From: Schmidtea polychroa
Taxonomy: Eukaryota
Assembly: GCA_044892525.1 (NCBI GenBank)
Contig: CM097887.1
Location: forward strand, 107,114,397-107,178,396
Length of the DNA: 64,000 nucleotides
Direction of reading: 5' to 3'
Position numbers and translations under genes: made by a program. The notes below the pieces were generated by a model. That model saw nothing but the letters and a program-made list of their open reading frames with translations, made no database searches and was not told where the DNA came from. Positions 36,138 to 47,596 of this stretch are shown here, piece by piece; the stretch's first letter is position 1; the number at the start of each line of letters is the position of its first letter.

Positions 36138-36391
36138 ATGCTCATCCTATTTGAATATATGCCTGAAAGATTGAAAGATTCAAGTTGAAAGACCTGAAAT
36201 TAGAAGACAATCACAAGAAAATATTATCCGGACAATTGATGTCCGGACTGCAATACTTGCATAATTTGAATATCGCCCACTGCAATATCAATCCAAAAGA
36301 CATTTTCGATGATATGGCAGAATTAAGATTAAAGATTTCAAACTTTGGAGGACGAATAATAAAATTGCGCTTATCGTCATATAGAAAATGA
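36138..36391 (+). pseudogene. Kinase fragment copy (1-nt deletion near 36381 shifts the stop)
   Basis: Copy of 1760..2007; TCATATAG instead of TCATATTAG. Confidence 0.78.
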
Positions 36392-36410
36392 CCAGCGAGT
36401 CGAGAGATTA

Positions 36411-36950
36411 GTGCTCAACCATGCTTATCTAAGTAGAAGATGGACAATCAAACCAGATACCGTGACAAAGGCGAACATTTCGTATTTGGAATTTACGGAG
36501 AGAACCGGTTGGTATACAATATATCAAGAAATAGTAAATCTAATACCTCCCACAAAAGGAGAACTAACTGGCAAAGAAGGAAAGGCTAGATTAGTGAGTA
36601 TTCCTGGTTGTAAAGGAATAAAGGCTTTGGATTGGTTTAGTATCAGAAAGGTAGCGAGTGTAAACCAGCCCCGCATAAATAAATTAATTAATAATTGTAG
36701 AGTTCAAAATACGTTAAACGGGACAACGAGAGATAAAACCTCAACTTGGTTATTCTTAATCATGATAGGGGGAGTAATTTGCATGATTTTAATTTTGATA
36801 TTAACCACCCTATGGATGCTTAGATTAAATATGCGGGATATTCGTTATTGGGAAATTATTTACGAAAACCGAGGTATAGGGGGAAAGTCTCACCATATAC
36901 TAGGAAGTGTAAATATATATTTTATCTATTTTATATGTTATTTATATTAG
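36411..36950 (+). CDS. ORF3 TM ORF copy (T/D allele) with 1-nt insertion near 36866 altering the C-terminus
   Basis: Copy of 2034..2501; TACGAAAACC instead of TACGAAACC, probably a consensus error near the contig end. Confidence 0.4.
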   Translation: MLNHAYLSRRWTIKPDTVTKANISYLEFTERTGWYTIYQEIVNLIPPTKGELTGKEGKARLVSIPGCKGIKALDWFSIRKVASVNQPRINKLINNCRVQNTLNGTTRDKTSTWLFLIMIGGVICMILILILTTLWMLRLNMRDIRYWEIIYENRGIGGKSHHILGSVNIYFIYFICYLY

Positions 36951-37078
36951 TATGTAAACTAATGTGGGCTCAAATGAGCATCGGTAAAATCAGACATCAG
37001 CGTATGTCGACTTTGGTTACCCTGCGAGGGTCTATCACGAAAGTGATAAAAGCTGTTAATTATTTTATTTTTAGAAAA

Positions 37079-37603
37079 ATGAATTATAACAGAGAACCAA
37101 AACCACCAGTCAAAGCAAATCGACGACACCCATTGGCAACGTACAATTCCCAGACTCGAGTTGAAACTGAAGTATATAGTACATACAAAGAAGAGTACGT
37201 ATACAGGTTCATCGGAACTACGGTCGCAGCAAAAATGAATCACCTCACCTCAAACTATTGGTATTATCCCAGGAGAGTGGATATTCCAAACGATTTCAAA
37301 TTCGCAGGAGGGCCTCGAAAGCAAATGATGATAACGGTTATAAATAACCAAGGTAGATTAAAATTGGCGGAACTATGTAGAGATTATGGTTCATGTCCGA
37401 AATTGGAAAGCATTTGGATCCATGCGATCAATAGGCCATTCACTGTGTTTATGGCGGGATTAGAGTTACCTGTTGAATTAGAAAAACAGTGTACTCTGGA
37501 GATATACCACGCTGATGGACGAGAACGGAATATTATGATCCAGGCAGCAGCAGTTGATACCATAATCGCAGTAGAAATCTTGGATTTCAGGAAGCCATAC
37601 TCT
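37079..37603 (+). CDS. Unit 14 exonuclease-like gene, 5' part only (runs into assembly gap)
   Basis: Copy of 2701..3225, ends at N run. Confidence 0.65.
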
Positions 37604-37843
37604 NNNNNNNNNNNNNNNNNNNNNNNNNNNNNNNNNNNNNNNNNNNNNNNNNNNNNNNNNNNNNNNNNNNNNNNNNNNNNNNNNNNNNNNNNNNNNNNNN
37701 NNNNNNNNNNNNNNNNNNNNNNNNNNNNNNNNNNNNNNNNNNNNNNNNNNNNNNNNNNNNNNNNNNNNNNNNNNNNNNNNNNNNNNNNNNNNNNNNNNNN
37801 NNNNNNNNNNNNNNNNNNNNNNNNNNNNNNNNNNNNNNNNNNN
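37604..37843. other. Assembly gap (240 N)
   Basis: N run; flanks correspond to unit positions 3225 and 4457. Confidence 0.99.
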
Positions 37844-38012
37844 TCGAATGACGTATAGATATTCATATTATCATTATTATTAATAAAGATATTATTTTTT
37901 CAAAATATTATTTTTCAAGGTCGTTTATTTTTTCAAGGTTCAAAATCTGTTCAAAGCTACTGTTTTAGTCAATACGAACCAGATGAAATAATCGGTTCCA
38001 TCGCCAAAAGTG

Positions 38013-38260
38013 ATGCTCATCCTATTTGAATATATGCCTGAAAGATTGAAAGATTCAAGTTGAAAGACCTGAAATTAGAAGACAATCACAAGAAAATATT
38101 ATCCGGACAATTGATGTCCGGACTGCAATACTTGCATAATTTGAATATCGCCCACTGCAATATCAATCCAAAAGACATTTTCGATGATATGGCAGAATTA
38201 AGATTAAAGATTTCAAACTTTGGAGGACGAATAATAAAATTGCGCTTATCGTCATATTAG
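38013..38260 (+). pseudogene. Kinase fragment copy
   Basis: Copy of 1760..2007. Confidence 0.8.
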
Positions 38261-38286
38261 AAAATGACCAGCGAGTCGAGAGATTA

Positions 38287-38754
38287 GTGCTCAACCATGC
38301 TTATCTAAGTAGAAGATGGACAATCAAACCAGATACCGTGACAAAGGCGAACATTTCGTATTTGGAATTTACGGAGAGAACCGGTTGGTATACAATATAT
38401 CAAGAAATAGTAAATCTAATACCTCCCACAAAAGGAGAACTAACTGGCAAAGAAGGAAAGGCTAGATTAGTGAGTATTCCTGGTTGTAAAGGAATAAAGG
38501 CTTTGGATTGGTTTAGTATCAGAAAGGTAGCGAGTGTAAACCAGCCCCGCATAAATAAATTAATTAATAATTGTAGAGTTCAAAATACGTTAAACGGGAC
38601 AACGAGAGATAAAACCTCAACTTGGTTATTCTTAATCATGATAGGGGGAGTAATTTGCATGATTTTAATTTTGATATTAACCACCCTATGGATGCTTAGA
38701 TTAAATATGCGGGATATTCGTTATTGGGAAATTATTTACGAAACCGAGGTATAG
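38287..38754 (+). CDS. ORF3 TM ORF copy (T/D allele)
   Basis: Copy of 2034..2501. Confidence 0.45.
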   Translation: MLNHAYLSRRWTIKPDTVTKANISYLEFTERTGWYTIYQEIVNLIPPTKGELTGKEGKARLVSIPGCKGIKALDWFSIRKVASVNQPRINKLINNCRVQNTLNGTTRDKTSTWLFLIMIGGVICMILILILTTLWMLRLNMRDIRYWEIIYETEV

Positions 38755-38953
38755 GGGGAAAGTCTCACCATATACTAGGAAGTGTAAATATATATTTTAT
38801 CTATTTTATATGTTATTTATATTAGTATGTAAACTAATGTGGGCTCAAATGAGCATCGGTAAAATCAGACATCAGCGTATGTCGACTTTGGTTACCCTGC
38901 GAGGGTCTATCACGAAAGTGATAAAAGCTGTTAATTATTTTATTTTTAGAAAA

Positions 38954-40488
38954 ATGAATTATAACAGAGAACCAAAACCACCAGTCAAAGCAAATCGACG
39001 ACACCCATTGGCAACGTACAATTCCCAGACTCGAGTTGAAACTGAAGTATATAGTACATACAAAGAAGAGTACGTATACAGGTTCATCGGAACTACGGTC
39101 GCAGCAAAAATGAATCACCTCACCTCAAACTATTGGTATTATCCCAGGAGAGTGGATATTCCAAATGATTTCAAATTCGCAGGAGGGCCTCGAAAGCAAA
39201 TGATGATAACGGTTATAAATAACCAAGGTAGATTAAAATTGGCGGAACTATGTAGAGATTATGGTTCATGTCCGAAATTGGAAAACATTTGGATCCATGC
39301 GATCAATAGGCCATTCACTGTGTTTATGGCGGGATTAGAGTTACCTGTTGAATTAGAAAAACAGTGTACCCTGGAGATATACCACGCTGATGGACGAGAA
39401 CGGAATATTATGATCCAGGCAGCAGCAGTTGATACCATAATCGCAGTAGAAATCTTGGATTTCAGGAAGCCATACTCTATAGTTAGCAAAAACGAGCCAA
39501 CTTGGATTTACAATGTAAATAAAGTTGATATACAGCAGTGTAAATCATTTGTGAGGAAGAAGTTAACCAAAGCCGAGGAGGACGAGGCTACAATTTTCAT
39601 ATCGGCAGGTTTTGCCAAATCCCGAATCGAACTGAAGGAGACAATTATCCAAATCGCAATTATGGATATGAGGGGAAATAATTTATTGAGTGCGGTAGTG
39701 ACTCCCAGAGACCCTGTAAAACACTACCAAACGCACCAATACAAGTTAAAGGAACCTGATATTAGAGGAAACCTCGACGAAGATGATTGTTATCCTCTGA
39801 TAAGATCTGCGATAAGAAAATACTTGTAGGTATTTTGCTTAAAGATCTGATCTCGGTAGCCAATCTACCAGTGCAGCGGATACTGAGTATTCGTGACCTT
39901 TCTGCAAATAAACTATTGGAAACCAGAGGAGTCCCAATGATTCATGGTCATTACAGATTGGGATTCCCGACGAAAACTTTCCTGCGTACGGTTCCCGGAG
40001 AACCAAGGAATTTAGTGGTCACCAATGAGGCACTGGCGATACGTGCGGTTTATTTACATCTCAGAAACGAATGGTTAGACCATATCACGAAACCCCAGGA
40101 GGAATTCATTTCCGTAACTACAGCAGCGATAGTTGAGCAGGAAATGACGCAAAAGAGGAGATTACCCGAGCAACCATCTACATCAGGGCAACCCAAGCCT
40201 AAGAGAAAATCACCTGTGGACTTACCACCGCCTCCAGCTATATCTATTGGAGAAGAAGATGAATATGAAACATGCGTTAGCGAAACGGAGACAGCAAAAT
40301 CACCCAAACAATCATCGGGAGCTGCCTATCAGCCAAAGGATAAATCGGAAAATGCGGTCAGAAAAGAAAATCCAGAAGGAGGCAAGGTGAAAAAGATGTT
40401 AAAGAAAATATTACCCATAAAAAGACAATTTTTTCAAATTTGTCAGACTTCCCGCCAACGGAAATTCTTCAACGATGTCTTATTTTAA
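38954..40488 (+). CDS. Unit 15 exonuclease-like split gene (type C)
   Basis: Copy of 2701..4235 with S>N, F>L and silent changes. Confidence 0.72.
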
Positions 40489-40578
40489 AGCTCATTGCAA
40501 TACCTTTCGAATGTGGTATAGAAATCCATATTATCAATATTATTGGTAAAGATATTATTTTTTCAAAATATTATTTTT

Positions 40579-40641
40579 TCAAGGTCATTTATATTTTCAA
40601 GGTCATTTATATTTTCAAGGTCATTCATATTTTCAAGGTCA
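40579..40641 (+). repeat. Expanded 18-bp minisatellite (four TCAAGGTCA) in type C units (also units 16, 17)
   Basis: TCAAGGTCA at 40579, 40597, 40615, 40633. Confidence 0.95.
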
Positions 40642-40893
40642 TATTTTAAAATTTAAATTTTTAGAGTTCCCACCAATGGAATTTATTGGCCGATGGCTAA
40701 TTTTGAAGCCCACTGCAATACCTTTCGAATGACGTATAGATATTCATATTATCATTATTATTAATAAAGATATTATTTTTTCAAAATATTATTTTTCAAG
40801 GTCGTTTATTTTTTCAAGGTTCAAAATCTGTTCAAAGCTACTGTTTTAGTCAATACGAACCAGATGAAATAATCGGTTCCATCGCCAAAAGTG

Positions 40894-41141
40894 ATGCTCA
40901 TCCTATTTGAATATATGCCTGAAAGATTGAAAGATTCAAGTTGAAAGACCTGAAATTAGAAGACAATCACAAGAAAATATTATCCGGACAATTGATGTCC
41001 GGACTGCAATACTTGCATAATTTGAATATCGCCCACTGCAATATCAATCCAAAAGACATTTTCGATGATATGGCAGAATTAAGATTAAAGATTTCAAACT
41101 TTGGAGGACGAATAATAAAATTGCGCTTATCGTCATATTAG
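40894..41141 (+). pseudogene. Kinase fragment copy
   Basis: Copy of 1760..2007. Confidence 0.8.
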
Positions 41142-41167
41142 AAAATGACCAGCGAGTCGAGAGATTA

Positions 41168-41635
41168 GTGCTCAACCATGCTTATCTAAGTAGAAGATGG
41201 ACAATCAAACCAGATACCGTGACAAAGGCGAACATTTCGTATTTGGAATTTACGGAGAGAACCGGTTGGTATACAATATATCAAGAAATAGTAAATCTAA
41301 TACCTCCCACAAAAGGAGAACTAACTGGCAAAGAAGGAAAGGCTAGATTAGTGAGTATTCCTGGTTGTAAAGGAATAAAGGCTTTGGATTGGTTTAGTAT
41401 CAGAAAGGTAGCGAGTGTAAACCAGCCCCGCATAAATAAATTAATTAATAATTGTAGAGTTCAAAATACGTTAAACGGGACAACGAGAGATAAAACCTCA
41501 ACTTGGTTATTCTTAATCATGATAGGGGGAGTAATTTGCATGATTTTAATTTTGATATTAACCACCCTATGGATGCTTAGATTAAATATGCGGGATATTC
41601 GTTATTGGGAAATTATTTACGAAACCGAGGTATAG
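41168..41635 (+). CDS. ORF3 TM ORF copy (T/D allele)
   Basis: Copy of 2034..2501. Confidence 0.45.
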   Translation: MLNHAYLSRRWTIKPDTVTKANISYLEFTERTGWYTIYQEIVNLIPPTKGELTGKEGKARLVSIPGCKGIKALDWFSIRKVASVNQPRINKLINNCRVQNTLNGTTRDKTSTWLFLIMIGGVICMILILILTTLWMLRLNMRDIRYWEIIYETEV

Positions 41636-41834
41636 GGGGAAAGTCTCACCATATACTAGGAAGTGTAAATATATATTTTATCTATTTTATATGTTATTTA
41701 TATTAGTATGTAAACTAATGTGGGCTCAAATGAGCATCGGTAAAATCAGACATCAGCGTATGTCGACTTTGGTTACCCTGCGAGGGTCTATCACGAAAGT
41801 GATAAAAGCTGTTAATTATTTTATTTTTAGAAAA

Positions 41835-43369
41835 ATGAATTATAACAGAGAACCAAAACCACCAGTCAAAGCAAATCGACGACACCCATTGGCAACGTAC
41901 AATTCCCAGACTCGAGTTGAAACTGAAGTATATAGTACATACAAAGAAGAGTACGTATACAGGTTCATCGGAACTACGGTCGCAGCAAAAATGAATCACC
42001 TCACCTCAAACTATTGGTATTATCCCAGGAGAGTGGATATTCCAAATGATTTCAAATTCGCAGGAGGGCCTCGAAAGCAAATGATGATAACGGTTATAAA
42101 TAACCAAGGTAGATTAAAATTGGCGGAACTATGTAGAGATTATGGTTCATGTCCGAAATTGGAAAACATTTGGATCCATGCGATCAATAGGCCATTCACT
42201 GTGTTTATGGCGGGATTAGAGTTACCTGTTGAATTAGAAAAACAGTGTACCCTGGAGATATACCACGCTGATGGACGAGAACGGAATATTATGATCCAGG
42301 CAGCAGCAGTTGATACCATAATCGCAGTAGAAATCTTGGATTTCAGGAAGCCATACTCTATAGTTAGCAAAAACGAGCCAACTTGGATTTACAATGTAAA
42401 TAAAGTTGATATACAGCAGTGTAAATCATTTGTGAGGAAGAAGTTAACCAAAGCCGAGGAGGACGAGGCTACAATTTTCATATCGGCAGGTTTTGCCAAA
42501 TCCCGAATCGAACTGAAGGAGACAATTATCCAAATCGCAATTATGGATATGAGGGGAAATAATTTATTGAGTGCGGTAGTGACTCCCAGAGACCCTGTAA
42601 AACACTACGAAACGCACCAATACAAGTTAATGGAACCTGATATTAGAGGAAACCTCGACGAAGATGATTGTTATCCTCTGATAAGATCTGCGATAAGAAA
42701 ATACTTGTAGGTATTTTGCTTAAAGATCTGATCTCGGTAGCCAATCTACCAGTGCAGCGGATACTGAGTATTCGTGACCTTTCTGCAAATAAACTATTGG
42801 AAACCAGAGGAGTCCCAATGATTCATGGTCATTACAGATTGGGATTCCCGACGAAAACTTTCCTGCGTACGGTTCCCGGAGAACCAAGGAATTTAGTGGT
42901 CACCAATGAGGCACTGGCGATACGTGCGGTTTATTTACATCTCAGAAACGAATGGTTAGACCATATCACGAAACCCCAGGAGGAATTCATTTCCGTAACT
43001 ACAGCAGCGATAGTTGAGCAGGAAATGACGCAAAAGAGGAGATTACCCGAGCAACCATCTACATCAGGGCAACCCAAGCCTAAGAGAAAATCACCTGTGG
43101 ACTTACCACCGCCTCCAGCTATATCTATTGGAGAAGAAGATGAATATGAAACATGCGTTAGCGAAACGGAGACAGCAAAATCACCCAAACAATCATCGGG
43201 AGCTGCCTATCAGCCAAAGGATAAATCGGAAAATGCGGTCAGAAAAGAAAATCCAGAAGGAGGCAAGGTGAAAAAGATGTTAAAGAAAATATTACCCATA
43301 AAAAGACAATTTTTTCAAATTTGTCAGACTTCCAGCCAACGGAAATTCTTCAACGATGTCTTATTTTAA
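41835..43369 (+). CDS. Unit 16 exonuclease-like split gene (type C)
   Basis: C markers plus private Q>E, K>M; R>S shared with unit 17. Confidence 0.72.
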
Positions 43370-43774
43370 AGCTCATTGCAATACCTTTCGAATGTGGTAT
43401 AGAAATCCATATTATCAATATTATTGGTAAAGATATTATTTTTTCAAAATATTATTTTTTCAAGGTCATTTATATTTTCAAGGTCATTTATATTTTCAAG
43501 GTCATTCATATTTTCAAGGTCATATTTTAAAATTTAAATTTTTAGAGTTCCCACCAATGGAATTTATTGGCCGATGGCTAATTTTGAAGCCCACTGCAAT
43601 ACCTTTCGAATGACGTATAGATATTCATATTATCATTATTATTAATAAAGATATTATTTTTTCAAAATATTATTTTTCAAGGTCGTTTATTTTTTCAAGG
43701 TTCAAAATCTGTTCAAAGCTACTGTTTTAGTCAATACGAACCAGATGAAATAATCGGTTCCATCGCCAAAAGTG

Positions 43775-44022
43775 ATGCTCATCCTATTTGAATATATGCC
43801 TGAAAGATTGAAAGATTCAAGTTGAAAGACCTGAAATTAGAAGACAATCACAAGAAAATATTATCCGGACAATTGATGTCCGGACTGCAATACTTGCATA
43901 ATTTGAATATCGCCCACTGCAATATCAATCCAAAAGACATTTTCGATGATATGGCAGAATTAAGATTAAAGATTTCAAACTTTGGAGGACGAATAATAAA
44001 ATTGCGCTTATCGTCATATTAG
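43775..44022 (+). pseudogene. Kinase fragment copy
   Basis: Copy of 1760..2007. Confidence 0.8.
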
Positions 44023-44048
44023 AAAATGACCAGCGAGTCGAGAGATTA

Positions 44049-44516
44049 GTGCTCAACCATGCTTATCTAAGTAGAAGATGGACAATCAAACCAGATACCG
44101 TGACAAAGGCGAACATTTCGTATTTGGAATTTACGGAGAGAACCGGTTGGTATACAATATATCAAGAAATAGTAAATCTAATACCTCCCACAAAAGGAGA
44201 ACTAACTGGCAAAGAAGGAAAGGCTAGATTAGTGAGTATTCCTGGTTGTAAAGGAATAAAGGCTTTGGATTGGTTTAGTATCAGAAAGGTAGCGAGTGTA
44301 AACCAGCCCCGCATAAATAAATTAATTAATAATTGTAGAGTTCAAAATACGTTAAACGGGACAACGAGAGATAAAACCTCAACTTGGTTATTCTTAATCA
44401 TGATAGGGGGAGTAATTTGCACGATTTTAATTTTGATATTAACCACCCTATGGATGCTTAGATTAAATATGCGGGATATTCGTTATTGGGAAATTATTTA
44501 CGAAACCGAGGTATAG
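44049..44516 (+). CDS. ORF3 TM ORF copy (T/D allele, M>T in TM)
   Basis: Copy of 2034..2501. Confidence 0.45.
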   Translation: MLNHAYLSRRWTIKPDTVTKANISYLEFTERTGWYTIYQEIVNLIPPTKGELTGKEGKARLVSIPGCKGIKALDWFSIRKVASVNQPRINKLINNCRVQNTLNGTTRDKTSTWLFLIMIGGVICTILILILTTLWMLRLNMRDIRYWEIIYETEV

Positions 44517-44715
44517 GGGGAAAGTCTCACCATATACTAGGAAGTGTAAATATATATTTTATCTATTTTATATGTTATTTATATTAGTATGTAAACTAAT
44601 GTGGGCTCAAATGAGCATCGGTAAAATCAGACATCAGCGTATGTCGACTTTGGTTACCCTGCGAGGGTCTATCACGAAAGTGATAAAAGCTGTTAATTAT
44701 TTTATTTTTAGAAAA

Positions 44716-46250
44716 ATGAATTATAACAGAGAACCAAAACCACCAGTCAAAGCAAATCGACGACACCCATTGGCAACGTACAATTCCCAGACTCGAGTTG
44801 AAACTGAAGTATATAGTACATACAAAGAAGAGTACGTATACAGGTTCATCGGAACTACGGTCGCAGCAAAAATGAATCACCTCACCTCAAACTATTGGTA
44901 TTATCCCAGGAGAGTGGATATTCCAAATGATTTCAAATTCGCAGGAGGGCCTCGAAAGCAAATGATGATAACGGTTATAAATAACCAAGGTAGATTAAAA
45001 TTGGCGGAACTATGTAGAGATTATGGTTCATGTCCGAAATTGGAAAACATTTGGATCCATGCGATCAATAGGCCATTCACTGTGTTTATGGCGGGATTAG
45101 AGTTACCTGTTGAATTAGAAAAACAGTGTACCCTGGAGATATACCACGCTGATGGACGAGAACGGAATATTATGATCCAGGCAGCAGCAGTTGATACCAT
45201 AATCGCAGTAGAAATCTTGGATTTCAGGAAGCCATACTCTATAGTTAGCAAAAACGAGCCAACTTGGATTTACAATGTAAATAAAGTTGATATACAGCAG
45301 TGTAAATCATTTGTGAGGAAGAAGTTAACCAAAGCCGAGGAGGACGAGGCTACAATTTTCATATCGGCAGGTTTTGCCAAATCCCGAATCGAACTGAAGG
45401 AGACAATTATCCAAATCGCAATTATGGATATGAGGGGAAATAATTTATTGAGTGCGGTAGTGACTCCCAGAGACCCTGTAAAACACTACCAAACGCACCA
45501 ATACAAGTTAAAGGAACCTGATATTAGAGGAAACCTCGACGAAGATGATTGTTATCCTCTGATAAGATCTGCGATAAGAAAATACTTGTAGGTATTTTGC
45601 TTAAAGATCTGATCTCGGTAGCCAATCTACCAGTGCAGCGGATACTGAGTATTCGTGACCTTTCTGCAAATAAACTATTGGAAACCAGAGGAGTCCCAAT
45701 GATTCATGGTCATTACAGATTGGGATTCCCGACGAAAACTTTCCTGCGTACGGTTCCCGGAGAACCAAGGAATTTAGTGGTCACCAATGAGGCACTGGCG
45801 ATACGTGCGGTTTATTTACATCTCAGAAACGAATGGTTAGACCATATCACGAAACCCCAGGAGGAATTCATTTCCGTAACTACAGCAGCGATAGTTGAGC
45901 AGGAAATGACGCAAAAGAGGAGATTACCCGAGCAACCATCTACATCAGGGCAACCCAAGCCTAAGAGAAAATCACCTGTGGACTTACCACCGCCTCCAGC
46001 TATATCTATTGGAGAAGAAGATGAATATGAAACATGCGTTAGCGAAACGGAGACAGCAAAATCACCCAAACAATCATCGGGAGCTGCCTATCAGCCAAAG
46101 GATAAATCGGAAAATGCGGTCAGAAAAGAAAATCCAGAAGGAGGCAAGGTGAAAAAGATGTTAAAGAAAATATTACCCATAAAAAGACAATTTTTTCAAA
46201 TTTGTCAGACTTCCAGCCAACGGAAATTCTTCAACGATGTCTTATTTTAA
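44716..46250 (+). CDS. Unit 17 exonuclease-like split gene (type C)
   Basis: Copy of 2701..4235, C markers. Confidence 0.72.
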
Positions 46251-46655
46251 AGCTCATTGCAATACCTTTCGAATGTGGTATAGAAATCCATATTATCAAT
46301 ATTATTGGTAAAGATATTATTTTTTCAAAATATTATTTTTTCAAGGTCATTTATATTTTCAAGGTCATTTATATTTTCAAGGTCATTCATATTTTCAAGG
46401 TCATATTTTAAAATTTAAATTTTTAGAGTTCCCACCAATGGAATTTATTGGCCGATGGCTAATTTTGAAGCCCACTGCAATACCTTTCGAATGACGTATA
46501 GATATTCATATTATCATTATTATTAATAAAGATATTATTTTTTCAAAATATTATTTTTCAAGGTCGTTTATTTTTTCAAGGTTCAAAATCTGTTCAAAGC
46601 TACTGTTTTAGTCAATACGAACCAGATGAAATAATCGGTTCCATCGCCAAAAGTG

Positions 46656-46903
46656 ATGCTCATCCTATTTGAATATATGCCTGAAAGATTGAAAGATTCA
46701 AGTTGAAAGACCTGAAATTAGAAGACAATCACAAGAAAATATTATCCGGACAATTGATGTCCGGACTGCAATACTTGCATAATTTGAATATCGCCCACTG
46801 CAATATCAATCCAAAAGACATTTTCGATGATATGGCAGAATTAAGATTAAAGATTTCAAACTTTGGAGGACGAATAATAAAATTGCGCTTATCGTCATAT
46901 TAG
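46656..46903 (+). pseudogene. Kinase fragment copy
   Basis: Copy of 1760..2007. Confidence 0.8.
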
Positions 46904-46929
46904 AAAATGACCAGCGAGTCGAGAGATTA

Positions 46930-47397
46930 GTGCTCAACCATGCTTATCTAAGTAGAAGATGGACAATCAAACCAGATACCGTGACAAAGGCGAACATTTC
47001 GTATTTGGAATTTACGGAGAGAACCGGTTGGTATACAATATATCAAGAAATAGTAAATCTAATACCTCCCACAAAAGGAGAACTAACTGGCAAAGAAGGA
47101 AAGGCTAGATTAGTGAGTATTCCTGGTTGTAAAGGAATAAAGGATTTGAATTGGTTTAGTATCAGAAAGGTAGCGAGTGTAAACCAGCCCCGCATAAATA
47201 AATTAATTAATAATTGTAGAGTTCAAAATACGTTAAACGGGACAACGAGAGATAAAACCTCAACTTGGTTATTCTTAATCATGATAGGGGGAGTAATTTG
47301 CATGATTTTAATTTTGATATTAACCACCCTATGGATGCTTAGATTAAATATGCGGGATATTCGTTATTGGGAAATTATTTACGAAACCGAGGTATAG
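46930..47397 (+). CDS. ORF3 TM ORF copy (recombinant T/N allele, private A>D)
   Basis: WYTIYQ but KDLNWF. Confidence 0.45.
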   Translation: MLNHAYLSRRWTIKPDTVTKANISYLEFTERTGWYTIYQEIVNLIPPTKGELTGKEGKARLVSIPGCKGIKDLNWFSIRKVASVNQPRINKLINNCRVQNTLNGTTRDKTSTWLFLIMIGGVICMILILILTTLWMLRLNMRDIRYWEIIYETEV

Positions 47398-47596
47398 GGG
47401 GAAAGTCTCACCATATACTAGGAAGTGTAAATATATATTTTATCTATTTTATATGTTATTTATATTAGTATGTAAACTAATGTGGGCTCAAATGAGCATC
47501 GGTAAAATCAGACATCAGCGTATGTCGACTTTGGTTACCCTGCGAGGGTCTATCACGAAAGTGATAAAAGCTGTTAATTATTTTATTTTTAGAAAA

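Noticed and set aside
36375-36870. Two private 1-nt indels in the unit before the gap (179-aa and 336-aa ORF variants)
   Set aside because: Single-copy homopolymer or dinucleotide indels next to a contig end; most likely consensus errors.
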